Notes under the pieces: model-generated | The model's database searches: none | Seen by the model: the letters and a program-made list of their open reading frames with translations, nothing else | Told to the model about the DNA's origin: nothing | Made by a program: the position numbers and the translations under genes | Shown: positions 50,591 to 64,000 of the stretch, in pieces | Numbering within the stretch: position 1 is the first letter of the stretch | How the letters are laid out: the number at the start of each line of letters is the position of its first letter | Assembly: GCF_018350175.1 (NCBI RefSeq) | Contig: NC_058368.1 | Coordinates: forward strand, 115,694,001 to 115,758,000 | Direction of reading: 5' to 3' | DNA length: 64,000 nt | Source of the DNA: Felis catus | Taxonomy: Eukaryota

Positions 50591-50964
50591 AAAGGGGGCA
50601 GGGATGGATATGGCAAGTGAAATGGGTCTTCTCATTTTAAGAGGAGTTACAAACCCAAAGCATGGCAGATAGGAGTGGGGCTGGCTTGGCTGATGCAGTG
50701 AGGAGGCCCCGACCTGGACCCATACAGATCACACAATGAGTTAGGCGGAGCAAGGCCAAGGTCCCCTTCTGGTACTCTCCCCAGAATGCCCCATAGCAGC
50801 CTCCTCTTAAGTCCCTTCTCAAGGCTGGGTGAGCTCTGGGGGGCTGGATGTGGAGGGGAACCCCAGGCCCCCACCTCTTTTCTCCTCTCACAGCCAGGGC
50901 TTTGGGCACTGAGCAACAAAAGCAGGCTTGCTCTAGGCCAGGGTCCTGGGTGGTGCCTCACCAG

Positions 50965-50985
50965 CCCAGCACCCTGGACAGCGCC
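50965..50985 (+). promoter_or_regulatory. RE1/NRSE (REST binding site)
   Basis: CCCAGCACCCTGGACAGCGCC versus canonical TTCAGCACCNNGGACAGCGCC; both half-sites present with the canonical 2-nt spacer. Confidence 0.75.
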
Positions 50986-51580
50986 TCACGCTGGGCCTCA
51001 GGTTGGTTTCTCTGGGTTGATGTCTGGTTCTGATAAAGCTGCACTTCTGTTGACTTCCTTGCCTCCTGTCTTAACTGTCCCTCTAAAGGCAGCCCCATCT
51101 CAGTTCCCTCCATTCACCACAAATTCGCTTTTGTCTGGCTCCTGGAGTCAGGGTGAGAACATGGAAAGAGGCAAGAGGGCTAACTGGTGTCAGCCTGGAG
51201 TTTTCGTCTACATCACATACCAGCTGGAAAGGAAGAGGGTTTCCAGAGATCTTGGACCCTTCCCTCATTCCTCCCAACCTGGATCTTTCTCAGAGAGCTT
51301 TGGTGGGTTCTTGTGGGCACAACAGAGACATCAAAGAAGTAACAGGGAAGGCAGGACTGTGGCACACAAGATGGCCGGGGGTCAGGGGAGAGGTGAGCGG
51401 GGCTGGCCCAAAGAGGCTACAGTCTGAACCCATACTCCAGCCAGGAGGTCCTGAGATCTTCTCAGCCATCCTCTTGTCCCCAGGCAGGCTACTTGGCACT
51501 GGTTTTGCTTGTCTTTAGACCCCCCAGCACCTGTCCTGTCTGACTTACCTTTTCATTTCTCTATCTGCCTCCAGGTCTAG

Positions 51581-59852
<8,272 letters not shown>

Positions 59853-60519
59853 TGAGTGCCTGCTATGTGGTGGGCTGAGGATATGAAGATATGAAGGTGG
59901 GAATGTGGTCCGGACTTTTAAGAGAGGCAAGGGCAAAGGGCTTGCCTGTATTGAGTACTTCCTGTTTGCCAGAGGCAGTAGATCTTTATACTCCCTGCTG
60001 ACTTCATTCATCCTCACCACACCCCTGTAGGGTAGGGTTAAATGAAGAACCAGCTGATAGGTAAAGTGATTCCCTTCAGTCACTGAGGGGGGAGATGACA
60101 AAAATGGGATTTGATCTCAGGTCCTATTGGTGTTTGGACAGAGTATCTTTCAGGAGGGTCAGGTACAGGCCTCGGTGTGGGGAGGAGTGGATGGAGTTCC
60201 GCCCAGGGTCTAGCAGTCCTTGGTGGCAGGGCCCACGAGGAGTCACCAGGCCACAGCCCTAGGGGCGGGGACAGCAGTCTCTGAGCTAAGTGGGGGGTGC
60301 TCCCAAATGTTAGATCTCACCATTGTCCCACATGTCTCTTACACTTAAAAAAATGTATTTTCCATTCTTTTTTCTCTACTTCGCTTGGGATATTTTCTGT
60401 TGACCTGCTTTTGGTTCACTTACCCTTTTTTCTGTGTCTAATATTCTGTTAAACCCATTTACTGAGTTTTTACTTTATTATATTTTTCAGTTCTAGATTT
60501 TCATTTTGTTATTTTTTAA

Positions 60520-61566
60520 TTTTTTAATTTTTAAAAAATATTTTTACTTAATCTCATACCCAACATGGGGCTCAAACTCACAATGCCGAGATCAGGAGTT
60601 GCATGTATATCTGACTGAGCCAGCCAGGTGCCCCCCAATTTTTAAAAAATAGATTCTAATTCTCTGGGGGAATTTATTCTCATCTTTTCACTCATTTTCT
60701 CCACCGTTCCCTCTCTTTTTGAACATAAATATATATATTATATATAATAAATATATTTTTTATATATAAAATATGTATATTATATATATACAAAATATTT
60801 TTAAAATGTTTGTTTTTGAGAGAAAAAGAGAGAGAGCATGCAAGCAGGGGGAGGGGCAGAGAGAGGGACAGAGGATGCAAAGTGGGCTCTATGCTGACAG
60901 CAGAAAGCCCAGTGCTGGGCTCAAACTCACGACTGCTAGATCATGACCTGAGCGGAAATCAAGAGTCGGATGCTTCACCAACTGAGCCACTCAGGTGCCC
61001 CTGAACATATATATATATATATGCGTATGTATATGTGTGTATGTGTATATACACATGTGTATATACACATACACATATATTTATTTATTTAAAATATTTT
61101 TAAAATTTATGTTTATTTTTGAGAGAGAGAGAGAGAGAGAGACAGAGTGTGAGCAGGGGAGGGGCAAAGAGAGAGGGAGACACAGAATCTGAAGCCAGTT
61201 CCAGCTTCTGAGCTGTCAGCACAGAGTTCAACGTGGGGCTTGAACTCATAGACCACAAGATCATGACCTGAGCTGAAGTTGGACTCTAAACTGACTGAGC
61301 CACCCAGGACCCCTATATATCATATACATATATATAAGATATATATATAAGATATATATATCTTAATGTTTATTATTTTGAGAGAGAGAGAGAAGAATGC
61401 TCACACGGTTGGGGAAGGGCACAGAGAGAGGGAAAGAGAATCTCAAGCAGGCCTTGCACTGCCAGTGCAGAGCCTAATGTGGGGCTTGATCCCGCAAAAT
61501 GTGAGATCATGACTTGAGTGGAAATCAAGAGTTGGACACTTCACCAGCTGAGCCACCTAGGCACCC
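60520..61566 (-). mobile_element. Stack of four antisense Can-SINEs (about 60520-60635, 60795-61001, 61085-61312, 61364-61566) with TA-rich tails, within an old L1 fragment
   Basis: Reverse SINE bodies; outer TSD ctctttttgaac at about 60713 and 61566. Confidence 0.85.
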
Positions 61567-63027
61567 CTCTTTTTGAACGTATTAATCATAGTTATTTCGA
61601 AGTCCTTGTCTGCTCATCACAATATCTGTACTGTTGGAATCAGCTGTATCTGTTTCTATTGTCTCTTTTTCTTCTCTTGGTTTTCCATCCATATATCCTG
61701 TTTCTCTGCATGTTCAGTGATTTTTTTTTATTAGATGCTGTGCATTTTGTATGGAATTATAGTGGCTCTAGGTTATTATATACTCCTCCCACAAAGGTTT
61801 ACCTTTTCCTTTCCTGGGCAATTAGAGGGGGTCAGGGGGTGCAGTCTTAATCCAACCAGGGATGAGCTGAAGAGAGGCTGCACAAAAGTTTGGTAAACTC
61901 AGCGTTCCCCCTTTTCCACTGGAAGCCTAATGTGTTCACTGGGGTCTCTTCCTTTGGTGGGTCCTGAATCCTAATTGCATTTCCTCAGTGTGGCAAGAGT
62001 GTCATAAAAACCCCAGTCCCTCTACCTCTCAGAGGCTTTCTGCTTAGCTTCTTAGCATCTTGCCCCTCACATCTTCAGAATTTGGCCAGTGTCTCTAAGG
62101 GAACACTGGCCATGTGTTCACAGCCCCTCAGGTCTCCAGGTTTGTGTCTTAAGCTCCCTGAAGCCACCAAGTGTTCTGCGTCTTGCCTTTGCCAATAATC
62201 AACAATGCCCCCAAGGAAAAAGCAGCTGTAGACCAGCCCCTCACCTCAGCCCTTCTGGCCTTCTGGTTTTTGTGACATCAGTGGCTTCCTGATAGCTTTA
62301 GAGAGATTCATTCTGTCTCGCTTATCTCAGGTTCTCAGTGAAGTGTCAGTCTGCTGCAGGGCGCTGTATCCTGAGCTGAGTGTGAAGTATGCATTGGGTT
62401 GAGGAAGGTTGGTTGGAGAAGATGTTCACTAGGGTCAGCTCATGATCAGAGGCGTGGGTGCTTGGCTGGAGAACCTTGTATACCAGCCCAGTAGATTTAG
62501 GCTCGACTGCACAGGCACTGGGGAGCCACAGAACGTGCTGGGTATAAAACAGTGTTTTGGGAGGTAGTGCTGGTGGCCTTTGATCTGGAGGCGTGCAGGT
62601 TTCTGAAGAGGGTCTGGTGGGAAAGGACAGGCGTGAGACGGGCAGTGGGACTAGAGGAAAGGTTGGTGTGAGGGGTCATCCGGAGGATTGACTAGAGGGA
62701 TTTGTGTTGCCAGACTTCAGCGGGGGAGGTTGGGCAGTGGTAAGGCTGACCCTGGGGGCCTCCTGAGGGTTTGGTGGTGGCCATGTTGGGTTGTGGCTTG
62801 GTGAGGACCCCTGGGGAAGGGGTATTTGGACTGATGAGTAGGAGCTGGATAGATGGCTTGTAGGTAGGACAAATCAAGGCTGAGATGGGAGATGGATTCT
62901 AAAAAGTCCTAGTGGAGTGTAGTTAGAGGGGGCGGGCAGAGCTGGGTGCCGGGTGGGGAAAGAGAACAGGGAATAGGAGAGACCAGAGCAGGGAAGGAGA
63001 GTACTAGAGGGCAGACAGAGTGGGTTG

Positions 63028-63230
63028 GTTTTTTTTTTTTTAATGTTTATTTATTTAATTTTTTTGGGGGGGGAGGGGCAGAGAGAGAGAAAAGATAGAG
63101 AATCCCAAGCAGACTCCACACTGTTAGCACAGAGCCTGATGCTGGGACTCGATCTTACAAACCTTGAGGTCATAACCTGAGTCAAAATCTAGAATCAGCC
63201 TCTCAACTGACTGAGCCACTCAGACGCCCC
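63028..63230 (-). mobile_element. Can-SINE
   Basis: T tail, agaatcccaagcagactcc...ctgactgagccactcagacgcccc. Confidence 0.85.
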
Positions 63231-64000
63231 CAGAATGTTTTTGTCTGACAGTCGTTGACTGATTGGGATTGAAGTAGAATGTGGTCTGCAGTTTGAGATG
63301 CCTTGGGAGGCTTAGAGGCTAAGGGCTGGCCAAGATGGACTCACGGGTCTCAGGGTTCCTTAGGAGCAGCATGAGAGAGCATAAAGCAAAATAGGCTTTC
63401 AAGGAACCAAATGAACCATGGCAAAGTTAGGAACGAACTAGTCTCGTGAACCCTGGACAGATAGAGGCTCAAGTTTGCTCAGCTTGCAGTTTTCCTTCCC
63501 AAGAAGAGTTGTGCCTCAGCCCCATCTCCCAGCCCCTCTGGTTTTGCTATCAACTCTCATGGGCCCCTGAGAGCCAGTGACTTTTGAAGTAGGCAAGGAG
63601 AGGGGTTCAGAGCTGCCCAGTAGAGGAGCAAAAGTCCTTCCAGATAGCTTCAGCCCGCTCAGAGGCATGGGGCAGTGAACGTGCCTGTGCTGTCTAGGGT
63701 GTGAATATGGTGTGGGAGGTTGGGGGGAGGAGACCTTGGAGGGATAGGAGAGACAGGTGGCATGATCATGAAGGCCAGAACATGAGAAATTTGGCCGTTA
63801 TCCTGACTGCTTTGGGGAGCCAATGACAGGTTTTAAGCAGGGACGAGTCTCGACTACATGTTTGTTTAGAAAGGCCATTCGGTATCTGCAGGGAAGATGT
63901 ATCAAGGAGGTGCAGGGGTGTATCTGTCTGGAGGCTGCTGCGGGTGTCCTGGGCATATGATGAGGGCAGAGGAGGAGGAGGATTTGAGATCAGGGGTGAA

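Noticed and set aside
51571..51580. Tandem acceptor CAG|GTCTAG| at exon 2
   Set aside because: Only shifts the 5'UTR by 6 nt, with no coding effect

Overview
Mammalian genomic DNA from a felid, inferred from the many SINEC_Fc-type tRNA-Lys-derived Can-SINEs. The right 40% of the window holds the 5' half of PSD2 (EFA6C, an ARF6 Sec7-domain GEF) on the + strand: a CpG-rich promoter and non-coding exon 1 ending at 38127, then four coding exons (51626-51999, 55077-55550, 55977-56171, 59603-59683) that splice in frame and run off the window inside the Sec7 domain. The left part has no recognisable coding gene. It holds four CpG-rich regulatory elements (about 4.7-5.3, 7.5-8.1, 11.9-12.5 and 13.3-13.8 kb) and a block of antisense L1 fragments with nested SINEs (17-29 kb); L2, MIR and DNA-transposon remnants are scattered throughout. 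Nearly all ORFs in the supplied track are spurious. I see no new biological system. The best leads are a near-consensus REST/RE1 site just upstream of the first coding exon, a 15-Glu coding GAG repeat, a candidate poison exon in intron 2, RFX, CTCF and octamer sites, inverted SINEs around frame-symmetric exons, and a ~125-bp intronic duplication. Repeat subfamily names and human comparisons are from memory, not from searches.
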